From: an uncultured delta proteobacterium
Lineage (GTDB): Bacteria; Desulfobacterota; RBG-13-43-22
Assembly: GCA_963790475.1 (NCBI GenBank)
Contig: CAWBOS010000010.1
Coordinates: forward strand, 352,001 to 416,000
Direction: 5' to 3'
DNA length: 64,000 nt
Every line of letters begins with the position of its first letter. Position 1 is the stretch's first letter. A program made the translations under genes and the position numbers. The notes under the pieces were generated by a model. That model was not told the DNA's origin. It did not search any database and worked only from the letters and a program-made list of their open reading frames with translations. Below are positions 26,229 through 35,980 of this stretch, piece by piece.

Positions 26229-27410
26229 CTAAGAGGTAACCGGCTTCCGGGATAGAGAGGTATCACAAACCCTTTCCAACCCATCCAGACCAAATAACTG
26301 GTCTTGAAAAGTCAAGGGGGGGTCCTTCCCAACAGGTTTCTTGAAAAAGAAACTTAGTTCCGAAATAGGCCCTGATTTTCCTGACAGATGAACAGCCGTC
26401 ATCCATCGGGCCAGATCCAATATCAAAGGGGCCGCTAAGACCGAGTCCCGTCCTTGGAAGTCCAGTCGAAGACTCATGGGCAAACCGAACAAGCCCAGGA
26501 AGTCGATAACATCCCAGGCTTCTTTGGCATCTCCGCGAGGCGGATAATAATCAATAGAGACCTTGTGTGAAACCGCTGAATACCTCTTTCCCACTTTATA
26601 CCCCAGGATTTCATCCAGGAGTTCCGTCTTATTTTTAAGTTTTCCCCGGGCCTTGTCCGGGTCGGCCAGGTTCGCCCCGTCCGCATTCCCGAGGATATTC
26701 AGGCTGTACCAGCCATCGATAAAGAGATTTCTGGCTTTGAAGGCTGAGGCCAGGACAACCTTCAAATAAGTCTGACCGGTCTTTCCGTCCCGTCCGCACC
26801 AGGGGACCCCTTTTTTAATGGCTTCCCGAAGGAGCAATGGCAGCTCCACTTCATTAGAGGTGAAATTAATTATCGGGAGTCTGCATTGGATGGCAGCTAA
26901 AACGTAAGCCATATCCGGGAAGGTCCGCGGGTCCAATTCCGAAAAGAGCTGTGACAAGGTACGACAGTGGGATAAATCAGGAGAAGCAGATGCCGGCAGA
27001 AGGTTGATAAAAACAGGACGGCTGTTGGGAAACCGGGTTTTCAATTGCCGGATTTCTTTCACCCTCTGTCCGACCCAGGATTTAAGGTCCAGGGGAGCTT
27101 CCGGGATTTCTATTATAGGAATTCGGTTTAAGACGGGGGCGTAAGGCCTCCAGATTTCTTCCGTAAGAACCCCTTGATCTCTTATGGAGTCAATAAGGCT
27201 TTTTCGACTTTTATCCCATCCGGCTATTTGGATAGCTTGAGGGGATCCAAGATAGGGGAACTTTTCGGCCGTGGTCAAGCTGGGGAGCACCAGACTTGGG
27301 TTCTGGCTTAGGGCGGACACGGCCACGGCCAGGGTGGAAGCTACAGCGCCTTTGGCACCGGCGACCAATAGTAAAATGGGAGAAAGGAAGGGATCGGAAG
27401 ATGAGGTCAT
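26229..27410 (-). CDS. ino1: myo-inositol-1-phosphate (inositol-3-phosphate) synthase
   Basis: GRDGKTGQT, YSLNILGNADG, DYYPPRGDAKEAWD, GRDSVLAAPLILDL. Confidence 0.88.
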   Translation of the reverse strand: MTSSSDPFLSPILLLVAGAKGAVASTLAVAVSALSQNPSLVLPSLTTAEKFPYLGSPQAIQIAGWDKSRKSLIDSIRDQGVLTEEIWRPYAPVLNRIPIIEIPEAPLDLKSWVGQRVKEIRQLKTRFPNSRPVFINLLPASASPDLSHCRTLSQLFSELDPRTFPDMAYVLAAIQCRLPIINFTSNEVELPLLLREAIKKGVPWCGRDGKTGQTYLKVVLASAFKARNLFIDGWYSLNILGNADGANLADPDKARGKLKNKTELLDEILGYKVGKRYSAVSHKVSIDYYPPRGDAKEAWDVIDFLGLFGLPMSLRLDFQGRDSVLAAPLILDLARWMTAVHLSGKSGPISELSFFFKKPVGKDPPLTFQDQLFGLDGLERVCDTSLSRKPVTS

Positions 27411-27690
27411 GGTTTATAATTTAATATTCCTTTGAGTATCCAATAGCATAAACAGGATAGGAAAAAAGGGCAAGGAAAAAATCTGATTTTCAATTGGCAC
27501 TTGTGGCAGCAAGTTAAAATGTTCCCTGTAAGAGTGGAGACAATCCGACCCTCAGGGGATTGATGACTACGGACTGAGGGAGGAAAGGTCTTCGAGGAGA
27601 TTGCCTTTTTAAATGAAGATGCAGCAGACTTTGTGCCGGTCAGAACCTCCGTTGTGCGGGAAAAGTCAAAACGATATGGAGCGGATGATG

Positions 27691-28478
27691 ATGAAATTTC
27701 CTTTTGAAGTTCCTTTTGAGGACGTGCAGGCTGATCTTGACCAGTATGTGACCGCGATATTTTCCTGTAAGGTTTCGTCCGTACTCTCGACCGGGATATC
27801 CGGCTGGCACCGATAACACCCCTTAAGATCAGCAGCCAGAGCGCGGTACGGCTGGATGCCTTGGTCATGACCGCATGTGAGTTCCTTAAAAAGAATGTCC
27901 CGAATGTGGCGCGGAACAAAATACATCGGCTTGACAAGGCTGATACGAGAACAGGTCTGGATGGAATAAGATCACTTGCCGATATCGGGGTTCCTTATGC
28001 CATGCTGCTGTATGAGCGGTTCCTTGGCAGACCTTTCGCGGGTCACCGAGACTCCGTGAGCGATCTTATCGGAGACAGTCTGGAATCGGCAATTGAGGAT
28101 GTGTTAAGCAAGGCAGGTATCACCTACCGGAAGACAAAAAGGGCGGAGAAAATTCAAGATTTTGATCAAACGCCGGATTTTATTATTCCCAGTGAATTCA
28201 ATCCACAGGCTATTATTGAGGCGAAAATAACCGAGGACGATGGTACGGCGCGTGACAAAGTCGCCCGCATCCAACGCCTGGGTACGCTAAGTATGAAAGG
28301 ACAGCCGGAGGGAAAGCCGAAGTACGAAGTCATCGCCTGCATTGCGGGTCGAGGTTTCGGGGTTCGGCGGGAAGACATGAAAAGGATAATCTTGGCAACA
28401 GGGGGGAAGGTGTTTACCCTACAGAATCTGGACAAGCTCGTTGAGTGTACGAAGTTGAAGGAATTTAGAACAAAGTAA
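27691..28478 (+). pseudogene. Frameshifted PD-(D/E)xK type II restriction-endonuclease-like gene
   Basis: MKFPFEVPF..IFSC (ATG 27691) changes frame at about 27770 to GFVRTLDR..PDFIIP..IEAKITEDDGTARDK. No intact methyltransferase adjacent. Confidence 0.6.
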
Positions 28479-28599
28479 TTGTAAGACAATATCCGATAAG
28501 GAGAAAAGAAGAAGCAGACTCCTAATTTTTTATGAAACACACCCTATTATTAGGAATTAGGTGGCACATTTTTGGAGCGAATTGATCCAACACTTAAGT

Positions 28600-29307
28600 C
28601 TAAGAAGCCATCTTACAGACGCCGGATGGGCACTGTTTTCCTTTGATGTGGCCTTCAAATTCTTCTTTGAAGTTGGACAAAACCGACAGGATGATGTGGG
28701 ACACCTTGCCGGCAAAGGAGCAATAGGGGGCCTGTTTCATGAGGACTATCAGGGATTCCATTTCGGTCACGGCATTAGCCGGTGCCTGGCCGCATCTTAT
28801 GGCGGTGATTAAATCGGCCAGTCTCTGTATCCCCAGTCGGCAGGGGGCACATTTGCCGCAGGATTCATCGTAATGGAATTTGATCAGATATTCGGCGATC
28901 TCTACCATACACAAAGAGGGGTCCATGGCCATGATACAACCCGTGGCCTTTTCCCAGATCAAATCACCGCGGATGGATTGAAGCGGGTTGAGTCGCAATA
29001 AGGGGAAAACGATCTTGCCCTGTTGAACGGTTTCTTTCAGAATGGCCTCAATATGACCTTCTTTGACCTTGTGGTAGAAAACACCCAGATAAGGGAAACT
29101 TAAAAAAGCCCCATCCTGACAAGTCCCGGAACATCCGCATTTGGCCGGTTCTACGACCACCGGGATCTTCAGGCGTTCTGCTTCAGCAATAAGACCTTTA
29201 TAGATCGATTCCGCCCCGCAGGTTTTAGCCTTGGGATTGCGGCACACCGTAATCTTCGGGATGGTGGTAATTAGGGGTTCTGCGATATTTAGAGCGGTTT
29301 TAGCCAT
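28600..29307 (-). CDS. Thioredoxin-like [2Fe-2S] domain fused to the NuoF/HydB C-terminal [4Fe-4S] domain; no FMN/NADH domain
   Basis: VC..CGA..CGCSGTC..G..Y.KV; ESCGKCAPCRLG..C; FEGHI..KQCPSGVC. Confidence 0.8.
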   Translation of the reverse strand: MAKTALNIAEPLITTIPKITVCRNPKAKTCGAESIYKGLIAEAERLKIPVVVEPAKCGCSGTCQDGAFLSFPYLGVFYHKVKEGHIEAILKETVQQGKIVFPLLRLNPLQSIRGDLIWEKATGCIMAMDPSLCMVEIAEYLIKFHYDESCGKCAPCRLGIQRLADLITAIRCGQAPANAVTEMESLIVLMKQAPYCSFAGKVSHIILSVLSNFKEEFEGHIKGKQCPSGVCKMAS

Positions 29308-29325
29308 AACCTTTATTAAACTCCG

Positions 29326-30744
29326 TTAAGATATAATCGTCTTGCAGGCCGTCCGGGCCAGATCAAGAAACCAGGCCGGCAAGGTACCCATCAAGAGTAT
29401 GGCCAGGATCAACCCGTAGTTCAATAATCGATTGGAGAAACTCAAGGTCACCGCCGGTAACCCGTCGGGGTCCTGTCCGTAGGCTGAGCGCACGATATTC
29501 AGGTAATAATAAATTGAAATCGCCGCATTCACTGCGGCAATGATCACCAAAGCCAGGTGCCCTTGATTCAAGGCGGCGGCGAAAAGAAAAAATTTTCCGG
29601 TAAATCCGGCTGTAGGTGGAATACCGGCCAGGGCGAAGGCCCCCACCGCCAAGGTAAAGGCTAATAAAGGAGAACGCCGGTACAGTCCGGAAAGGTCGCT
29701 GATGGTGACATTTTCTCCTTCGCGGGAAACGGCACATATCACCAAAAAGCAGGCCAGGTTCATTAATAAATAAGCGGAGATGTGGAATATGGCGGCAGAA
29801 AAGCCAACGGAGTTCAGGGTCAAGACCCCCATCAGGACATAACCGGCATGGGCGATACTGGAATAGGCCAGCAGGCGTTTAAGGTCTTTTTGGACCAAAG
29901 CCGCCAGGTTTCCAAAGGTCATGGAAACAATTGCCAGAAGAACCAGGACTTGAATCAAATCAACGGCCCCGTTTCCGGCCAGGCTGACTAACCGAAGCAA
30001 CAAGGCTACGGCCCCCACTTTTGGCATGGTGGCCACAAAAGACACGGTTTCATTGGCCGCCCCCTGGTAAATATCCGGGGTCCAGAAATGGAAGGGGACC
30101 ACCGCCAGCTTAAAGAAAAACCCACAGAGAACCAGGAGAAGCCCGATAACGGCTATGGGTTCCTTTAACAGCAAAGGCATCTTCTGGAGAATGTCCATCA
30201 AATAGGTGGATTGGGTGACTCCAAAGATATAACTCATGCCGAAAAGCATAACCCCGGTGGCCGCGGCCCCGAAGATAATGTATTTAATAGCCGCTTCCAT
30301 TTGGTTGCCGCCAACCTGATTGCGGATCGGGATCAGGACATAAATGGAGTAAGAAGACAGCTCCATGGCGATAAAAATGGCTAACAGCTCGACACTGCTG
30401 ACCATCAGCATCAGACCCAGGGAGCTGAGACTCAGAAACATATAAAATTCCGGTTGAAGACGTTCCTCGATGCTTTTGAGCTTCCGTCCCAGTCCAATGA
30501 CCAGGAACAGGCCGAGACTAAGCAGACATTTGAATGTTTGTGAGAACAGGTCAACCCGATAAGCCTTATAAAAGAGCTCCCCCGAGGCATTGAGGCTTAA
30601 CAGGCTAATGATTACCACGAGAGCGGAAAGGAAAAAGGCCATTCCCTGATTCAATGCAGCTGACGATTTCCACAAGGATTGGCAGAAAAAGATCAGGGCC
30701 ATTAAAAGTAGAAAGGTTTCCGGTAGAAATAACAAGAAATTCAT
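29326..30744 (-). CDS. nuoN: Complex I subunit N
   Basis: EAAIKY, FKLAVVPFHFWTPDIYQGA, KRLLAYSSIAHAGY. Confidence 0.93.
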   Translation of the reverse strand: MNFLLFLPETFLLLMALIFFCQSLWKSSAALNQGMAFFLSALVVIISLLSLNASGELFYKAYRVDLFSQTFKCLLSLGLFLVIGLGRKLKSIEERLQPEFYMFLSLSSLGLMLMVSSVELLAIFIAMELSSYSIYVLIPIRNQVGGNQMEAAIKYIIFGAAATGVMLFGMSYIFGVTQSTYLMDILQKMPLLLKEPIAVIGLLLVLCGFFFKLAVVPFHFWTPDIYQGAANETVSFVATMPKVGAVALLLRLVSLAGNGAVDLIQVLVLLAIVSMTFGNLAALVQKDLKRLLAYSSIAHAGYVLMGVLTLNSVGFSAAIFHISAYLLMNLACFLVICAVSREGENVTISDLSGLYRRSPLLAFTLAVGAFALAGIPPTAGFTGKFFLFAAALNQGHLALVIIAAVNAAISIYYYLNIVRSAYGQDPDGLPAVTLSFSNRLLNYGLILAILLMGTLPAWFLDLARTACKTIIS

Positions 30745-30769
30745 TATAATTCGTTCCTCGGTAAAATAC

Positions 30770-30795
30770 TCAAAGCTGAAAGCTCCAAGCTCAAA
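30770..30795. repeat. Heptamer array (TCAAAGC-type) between nuoM and nuoN
   Basis: TCAAAGC TGAAAGC TCCAAGC TCAAA. Confidence 0.7.
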
Positions 30796-30827
30796 CAAAA
30801 TACTTAAACAAGAAAGCGTTCAATCTT

Positions 30828-32324
30828 TTATTTCACTAAAGCCAAAGCACTTCCGGCCTGGACTTGCTGGACCAAGTGGTTCACGCTGGCATGCATGACA
30901 TCCAAAAAGGGGCCCGGTGAAAAACCAATCCACAAGACGAATATGGCCAGCGGGACCAGATAAACGATCTCCCGGGTATTCATATCTTTAAAGGAGGGGT
31001 TTCCTTCACCTCCCCAGGCGATCTTCTGCAGCAACCGGAGCATATAGGCGGCAGCCAAAACCACCCCTGGGATGGCAACGGCGCCGATCAGCTTGTTATC
31101 CAAAAAGGTGCCGATTAAAACCAGGAGCTCGCCTACAAAACTGTTGGTCCCGGGAAAGGCCATGGAAGAAAGACTGAAAAAACCTAAAAACCCGATGTAA
31201 ATGGGCATAATTTTGCTTATCCCGGAGTTGACCGTAATCAACCTGCTGTGGCTTCTCTCATAAATGATCCCTACGCAGAGAAAGAGTGCCCCGGTGGTGA
31301 TGCCGTGATTGATCATCTGCAGGATGGCCCCTTCCAGTCCGGATTTATTGAAGAGAAAGGTACCCAAGGTGACAAACCCCATGTGGGCCACGCTGGAATA
31401 GGCGATCAACCGTTTCATGTCGCTTTGCCCCAAGGCCACATACCCGCCATAAATGATGGAGATGATGGAGATCCAAAGGACATAGGGGGCAAAGTAGACA
31501 CTGGCTTGGGGGAGGATAGGCAAACAAAAGCGCACGAAACCGTAAGTCCCCATTTTCAACAGTACGCTGGCCAGGATGACACTGCCCGCGGTCGGGGCCT
31601 CCACATGCGCGGCCGGCAACCAGGTATGGAGCGGGGCCATCGGGACTTTGATGGCGAAAGCGATTCCCATGGCCAGGAAGACCCAGAATTGAAAGTTAAA
31701 GGAGTAGGTATGGGTCATCAATTCCGGGATGCTGAAGGTGCCGGTCTTTACATAAAAGGCGATCATGGCCACCAGGAGGAAGACGCTGCCGGCCATGGTG
31801 TAGATGAAGAACTTGATCGAAGCATAAACCTTGGCCGGGCCACCCCAGACGGCTATCAATAGATACATGGGGACCAGCATGGCCTCAAAGAAAATATAAA
31901 ATAGAACGAAATCCAGAGCCGAGAAAACCCCGACGCAAGCTGTTTCAATCAAAAGGAGACAGAACAGAAATTCTTTGACCCGTTTCTCGATGTATTTCCA
32001 GGAAGCCAGGATACAAATGGGCGTCAAGAGAGTGCTTAACAGGACCAGAAAGAGGCTGATACCGTCTACCCCCAAGGTATAATTGATTTTGAATCCGGGG
32101 ATCCAGGGTATATGTTCCCCAAACTGGTATTTATAGGTGGAAATATTAAAATTAAAATAAAGAGGAAGAGAAAGGGCAAAGTTAACAATACTAATGATCA
32201 AGGCCCAGACTTTGGCCGTCGTTTCATTTCGCAGCATGAAAAGGACCACGGCTCCGCCCAGGGGCAAAAAAATAAGTGTGCTTAAGATCGGATAATTAAG
32301 CTGATTGGGAATGAGAAAATCCAT
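30828..32324 (-). CDS. nuoM: Complex I subunit M
   Basis: LGVDGIS, KFFIYT, PLHTWLPAAHVEAPTAGS, LIAYSSVAHMG. Confidence 0.95.
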   Translation of the reverse strand: MDFLIPNQLNYPILSTLIFLPLGGAVVLFMLRNETTAKVWALIISIVNFALSLPLYFNFNISTYKYQFGEHIPWIPGFKINYTLGVDGISLFLVLLSTLLTPICILASWKYIEKRVKEFLFCLLLIETACVGVFSALDFVLFYIFFEAMLVPMYLLIAVWGGPAKVYASIKFFIYTMAGSVFLLVAMIAFYVKTGTFSIPELMTHTYSFNFQFWVFLAMGIAFAIKVPMAPLHTWLPAAHVEAPTAGSVILASVLLKMGTYGFVRFCLPILPQASVYFAPYVLWISIISIIYGGYVALGQSDMKRLIAYSSVAHMGFVTLGTFLFNKSGLEGAILQMINHGITTGALFLCVGIIYERSHSRLITVNSGISKIMPIYIGFLGFFSLSSMAFPGTNSFVGELLVLIGTFLDNKLIGAVAIPGVVLAAAYMLRLLQKIAWGGEGNPSFKDMNTREIVYLVPLAIFVLWIGFSPGPFLDVMHASVNHLVQQVQAGSALALVK

Positions 32325-32349
32325 GTTTGTTAATTTCCCTGAATTTTAT

Positions 32350-32410
32350 TAGGCGATAGGCGATAGGCAATAGGTTGTAGGTTGAAATTATTATTCCTCT
32401 TGCCTATAGC
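32350..32410. repeat. Heptamer array (TAGGCGA-type) with a short inverted arm
   Basis: TAGGCGA TAGGCGA TAGGCAA TAGGTTG TAGGTTG ... CCTCTTG CCTATAG. Confidence 0.8.
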
Positions 32411-32418
32411 TTGTTTTT

Positions 32419-34185
32419 CTATAAAAACCAATACACCCCAATGATCACAAAAATAACCAGCAAGGCCCCAGCCAGATAATTCTGGATATTTCCGGTCTGG
32501 ACCTTGCGGATTTGATTGCCAAACTCCTGGGTCCCATAGGCGACATTGTCCACCACCCCGTCAATCCCCCAGCGATCGAACCAGGCAAAAAATCCGGCAA
32601 AGGCCATCAGGGCTTTTAGGGCCAGACTCCGGTAGAGCTCTCCCCAACCGGTGTCAAAGCCCTGGATGAATTTCTGGTCGAACCACATAAAACCTTGGAG
32701 GCCTTTGCGGTAAAACCAATCGAAATCCAGATTGATCTTGGCTTCCGGCTGGAGCCTCTTGAGGAGCAGGAAAAAACCTAGCCCGGTAAACATCATCAAT
32801 TGAAGGGTCTCGGAAAGATGGGGGAGATTATAGGGATGAAATTCCGCGGCCGCTTCCTTAAAAGGTAAGAGATCATACAAAACTTTGGGATAAACCCCGA
32901 TTAGGAAACATAAGAAGGAAGTAATCCCCATGGCCCAGAGCATATTTTTGGGTGGTTCCTTGGGCCGCAAACCCGAGTCCTTGCCAAAAAAGGCGAAATA
33001 GGGCAGTTTCAAGCCCACCGAAAGGAAGGTTCCGACCGATGCTAAAAGCATCAGGACCATCAGTACCGGATGATGAGACTCTCCGGCCCCGGAAATGATC
33101 ATGGATTTGCTGACAAAACCGCTAAAAAGAGGCCAACCGGAAATGGAGATACCGCCCACGACATAGAAAATAAGGGTCAGTGGCATATATTTGTAAAGAC
33201 CGCCCAATTTGTTTAATTTGGAGGTCCCGGTCATCATCAGGACCGAACCGGCCCCCATAAACAACAAGGCCTTATAAAGGATGTGGGCATAGGCATGGGC
33301 GCAGGCCCCGTTTAAGGCCAGTTCTGTGCCGATCCCGACACCGGCCACCATGTAACCCACCTGGCTGATGATGTGATAGGAAAGGATGCGGCGCATGTCG
33401 TTTTCGATGGTGGCGTAGCAGACCCCGTAAACAGTCATGACCGTACCCATCACGGCCAGGACATCATAGCCGGGGAAGGCCCGAGCCAGGACATAGATCG
33501 CTGTTTTGGTAGTAAAGGCGCACATAAAGACCGCGCCGGTGACCGTGGCTTCCGGATAGGCATCGGCCAACCAGGCATGTAAAGGGAAGACGGCGGCATT
33601 TAAGGCAAAACCGGCCAGGATCAGATATTCGGCCAAACCGGCGCTGGCCTTGGGGATAACCACGAAGGCCATACTCCCGGTATTTTGGTAATGTAAAAAG
33701 ATGCCGGCCAAAAGCAGCAAACCGCCGAAGATGTGCATCAAAAGATAGCGAAACCCGGCCGAAAGTGATGCCGGCTCTCGGCGGAACCAGATCAGGAAGG
33801 TTGAAGCCAAGGCCATCATCTCCCAGAAGATAAAGACCGTCAGATAGTCTCCGGCAAAGACCACCCCCAAGGAGCCGCCCACATAAAAATAGGAAGCGAT
33901 ATGCTGGGCGTCTTCCTTGACGTGAATCCCGTAAAGGACTCCCAAAAAAGACATGAGGGTGAAGACATGGGCAAAGACAATGGTCAACCGGTCCACCCGA
34001 CCCAGGATAATTTTAAAACCCAGATAGTTGACCTCCCCATAAACCCCCAGGTTCATGTTGAGGACCGTATAGAAGGCGGCCGCGGGTATGAGCAATAAAT
34101 AAATCTGCTTGATCCGGCCCTTGAACACCGGGATCAGGAAGGCGCCTAAAATAAAAAACAGGGCTGGATGAACAAACTTATCCAT
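32419..34185 (-). CDS. MrpD/NuoL-like antiporter subunit with a NuoL-type C-terminal helix
   Basis: PLHAWLADAYPEA, RRILSYHIISQVGYM; C-terminal IDGVVD..RKVQTGNIQNY plus TM. Confidence 0.88.
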   Translation of the reverse strand: MDKFVHPALFFILGAFLIPVFKGRIKQIYLLLIPAAAFYTVLNMNLGVYGEVNYLGFKIILGRVDRLTIVFAHVFTLMSFLGVLYGIHVKEDAQHIASYFYVGGSLGVVFAGDYLTVFIFWEMMALASTFLIWFRREPASLSAGFRYLLMHIFGGLLLLAGIFLHYQNTGSMAFVVIPKASAGLAEYLILAGFALNAAVFPLHAWLADAYPEATVTGAVFMCAFTTKTAIYVLARAFPGYDVLAVMGTVMTVYGVCYATIENDMRRILSYHIISQVGYMVAGVGIGTELALNGACAHAYAHILYKALLFMGAGSVLMMTGTSKLNKLGGLYKYMPLTLIFYVVGGISISGWPLFSGFVSKSMIISGAGESHHPVLMVLMLLASVGTFLSVGLKLPYFAFFGKDSGLRPKEPPKNMLWAMGITSFLCFLIGVYPKVLYDLLPFKEAAAEFHPYNLPHLSETLQLMMFTGLGFFLLLKRLQPEAKINLDFDWFYRKGLQGFMWFDQKFIQGFDTGWGELYRSLALKALMAFAGFFAWFDRWGIDGVVDNVAYGTQEFGNQIRKVQTGNIQNYLAGALLVIFVIIGVYWFL

Positions 34186-34426
34186 AATAATCCTCTTTTT
34201 TCATCAGCCAGGCGTGGGCCAATCCTTTCATAATGCGTATTAAGAGAACACACCCTATAAATCCGAAAACCGTCCAAAACCCGGGAATTTTGTCCCCCCA
34301 AAAATGGGCTTCATGTCGAGGAATCAAAAAATCGAAGACAATCGTAGCCGCCATGACCACATAGAGTATTCGTTTCAAGACTTTCAAACGGTCTCTTAAA
34401 TATTGTATTGGATTTGCCCAGTTCAT
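34178..34426 (-). CDS. Small 2-TM subunit between the antiporter genes
   Basis: IPGFWTVFGFIGC..KKEDYY. Tight operon spacing. Confidence 0.8.
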   Translation of the reverse strand: MNWANPIQYLRDRLKVLKRILYVVMAATIVFDFLIPRHEAHFWGDKIPGFWTVFGFIGCVLLIRIMKGLAHAWLMKKEDYYG

Positions 34427-34428
34427 AA

Positions 34429-35967
34429 TCAGAAAACCGCCTTAACGATATTCATAAGATATTTTGGATCAACTGCTTTAACGATATTCAAAAAATAGTC
34501 CGGATAGAGGCCCATGAGTATGGAAGCCAGGGCCGTTAACAGCAAGGGAATGACCATGACGGCCGGGGCCTCCCGGAGAACGTTGCTCTGATCCGGCAGA
34601 TCATTAGGCAGTGCTTCATTGGAGCGCCCGAAAAAGGCCCGAAGAACTACCGGGAAAAAATAGGCCGTGTTCAAGATGGTGCTGGCCAATAAGACGACTA
34701 AAAAGATAGTTTGGTGAGCCTGCAGGGTCCCTATGGCCAGATACCACTTGGTGACAAAACCGCAAACCAAAGGGACGCCGATCATACTCAGCGAGGCCAC
34801 CGCAAAGGCAGCCATGGTAAAGGGCATTTTGCGTCCGATACCGGACATTTCACTGATTTTTCTGGTATTCGCGGCCACAAAAATCGATCCGGCGCACATA
34901 AAGAGGGTGATCTTGGAAAAGGCGTGATTGGCAATATGGATCAATCCACCGGTGACCGCGCTGGGGGTCATCAGGGCCACACCCAGAATGATATAGGATA
35001 ATTGACTGACTGTTGAATAGGCCAGTCTGGCTTTCAGATCGTCTTTGGTAAGGGCGATGATCGAGGCCAGAATGATAGTGAACGAGGCGGCATAGGCCGT
35101 CGGTATTCCGAGATTCAAGGAGTTTAACAGCCCGACTCCGAAAACCGACAGCATGACCCGGCTGGTACAGAAGACCCCGGCCTTGACCACGGCCACGGCA
35201 TGGAGCAGGGCGCTGACCGGGGTAGGGGCGACCATGGCCGACGGCAGCCAGTTATGAAAAGGCATCATGGCCGCCTTGGCGAAACCGGCCATAAAAAGGA
35301 TATAGGTGATGGTCACCAGCGTCGGATTGGCGGTGGCGGGAAAAATCCCTTTGGTGATACCGGAAGGGGCAAAATCCAAAGTCCCGGCTAAAACATAGGT
35401 CAAGATAACGGCCGGCAGGAAAAAGGATTTAGCCGTCCCGGTCAGATAGACCATGTATTTTCTGGCGCCCTCATAGGCCTCCTCGTCCTGATGATGGGCA
35501 ACCAGGGGATAGGTGAAGATGGTGATGACTTCATAGAAGAAATATAAACTGAACAGGTTACCGGAAAAGGCGACCCCGACCGCCCCGACGATGGCCACGG
35601 CAAAACAGAAATAATAGCGGCCCTGCGCATGTTCTTTTAAGGACCGCATATAGCCGATATTGTAGAAGGTAACCAGGATCCAAAGAAAGGATGAAATGGT
35701 TCCGAAAATAAGCCCCAGGGCATCCACTCTTAATTTCAAAGATATCCCCGGTAAAATGACAAACGGCGTACATTCGAAGGCCTTTCCGGCCAGAATCTGC
35801 GGGGTCATCGAAAGGACGGTCAGGAATGTGGCCACGGCACCTAAAACCGACCAGGTCTCCCTTAAGTTCGGCTTTTTGGACGTGACCATGATCAGCAAAG
35901 AGGCCACGGTGGCAATCAGAACGGCTATGAGGGGCCGTATGGAGATAATGGTTTCCACTGTTTCCAT
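34429..35967 (-). CDS. MrpD/NuoL-like antiporter subunit
   Basis: PFHNWLPSAMVAPTPVSALLHAVAVVKAG, KARLAYSTVSQLSY. Confidence 0.9.
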   Translation of the reverse strand: METVETIISIRPLIAVLIATVASLLIMVTSKKPNLRETWSVLGAVATFLTVLSMTPQILAGKAFECTPFVILPGISLKLRVDALGLIFGTISSFLWILVTFYNIGYMRSLKEHAQGRYYFCFAVAIVGAVGVAFSGNLFSLYFFYEVITIFTYPLVAHHQDEEAYEGARKYMVYLTGTAKSFFLPAVILTYVLAGTLDFAPSGITKGIFPATANPTLVTITYILFMAGFAKAAMMPFHNWLPSAMVAPTPVSALLHAVAVVKAGVFCTSRVMLSVFGVGLLNSLNLGIPTAYAASFTIILASIIALTKDDLKARLAYSTVSQLSYIILGVALMTPSAVTGGLIHIANHAFSKITLFMCAGSIFVAANTRKISEMSGIGRKMPFTMAAFAVASLSMIGVPLVCGFVTKWYLAIGTLQAHQTIFLVVLLASTILNTAYFFPVVLRAFFGRSNEALPNDLPDQSNVLREAPAVMVIPLLLTALASILMGLYPDYFLNIVKAVDPKYLMNIVKAVF

Positions 35968-35980
35968 GGGGATTAAGAAG

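Noticed and set aside
27493-27510. Sigma54 promoter TTGGCAC upstream of the RM remnant
   Set aside because: No GC at the required GG-N10-GC spacing.
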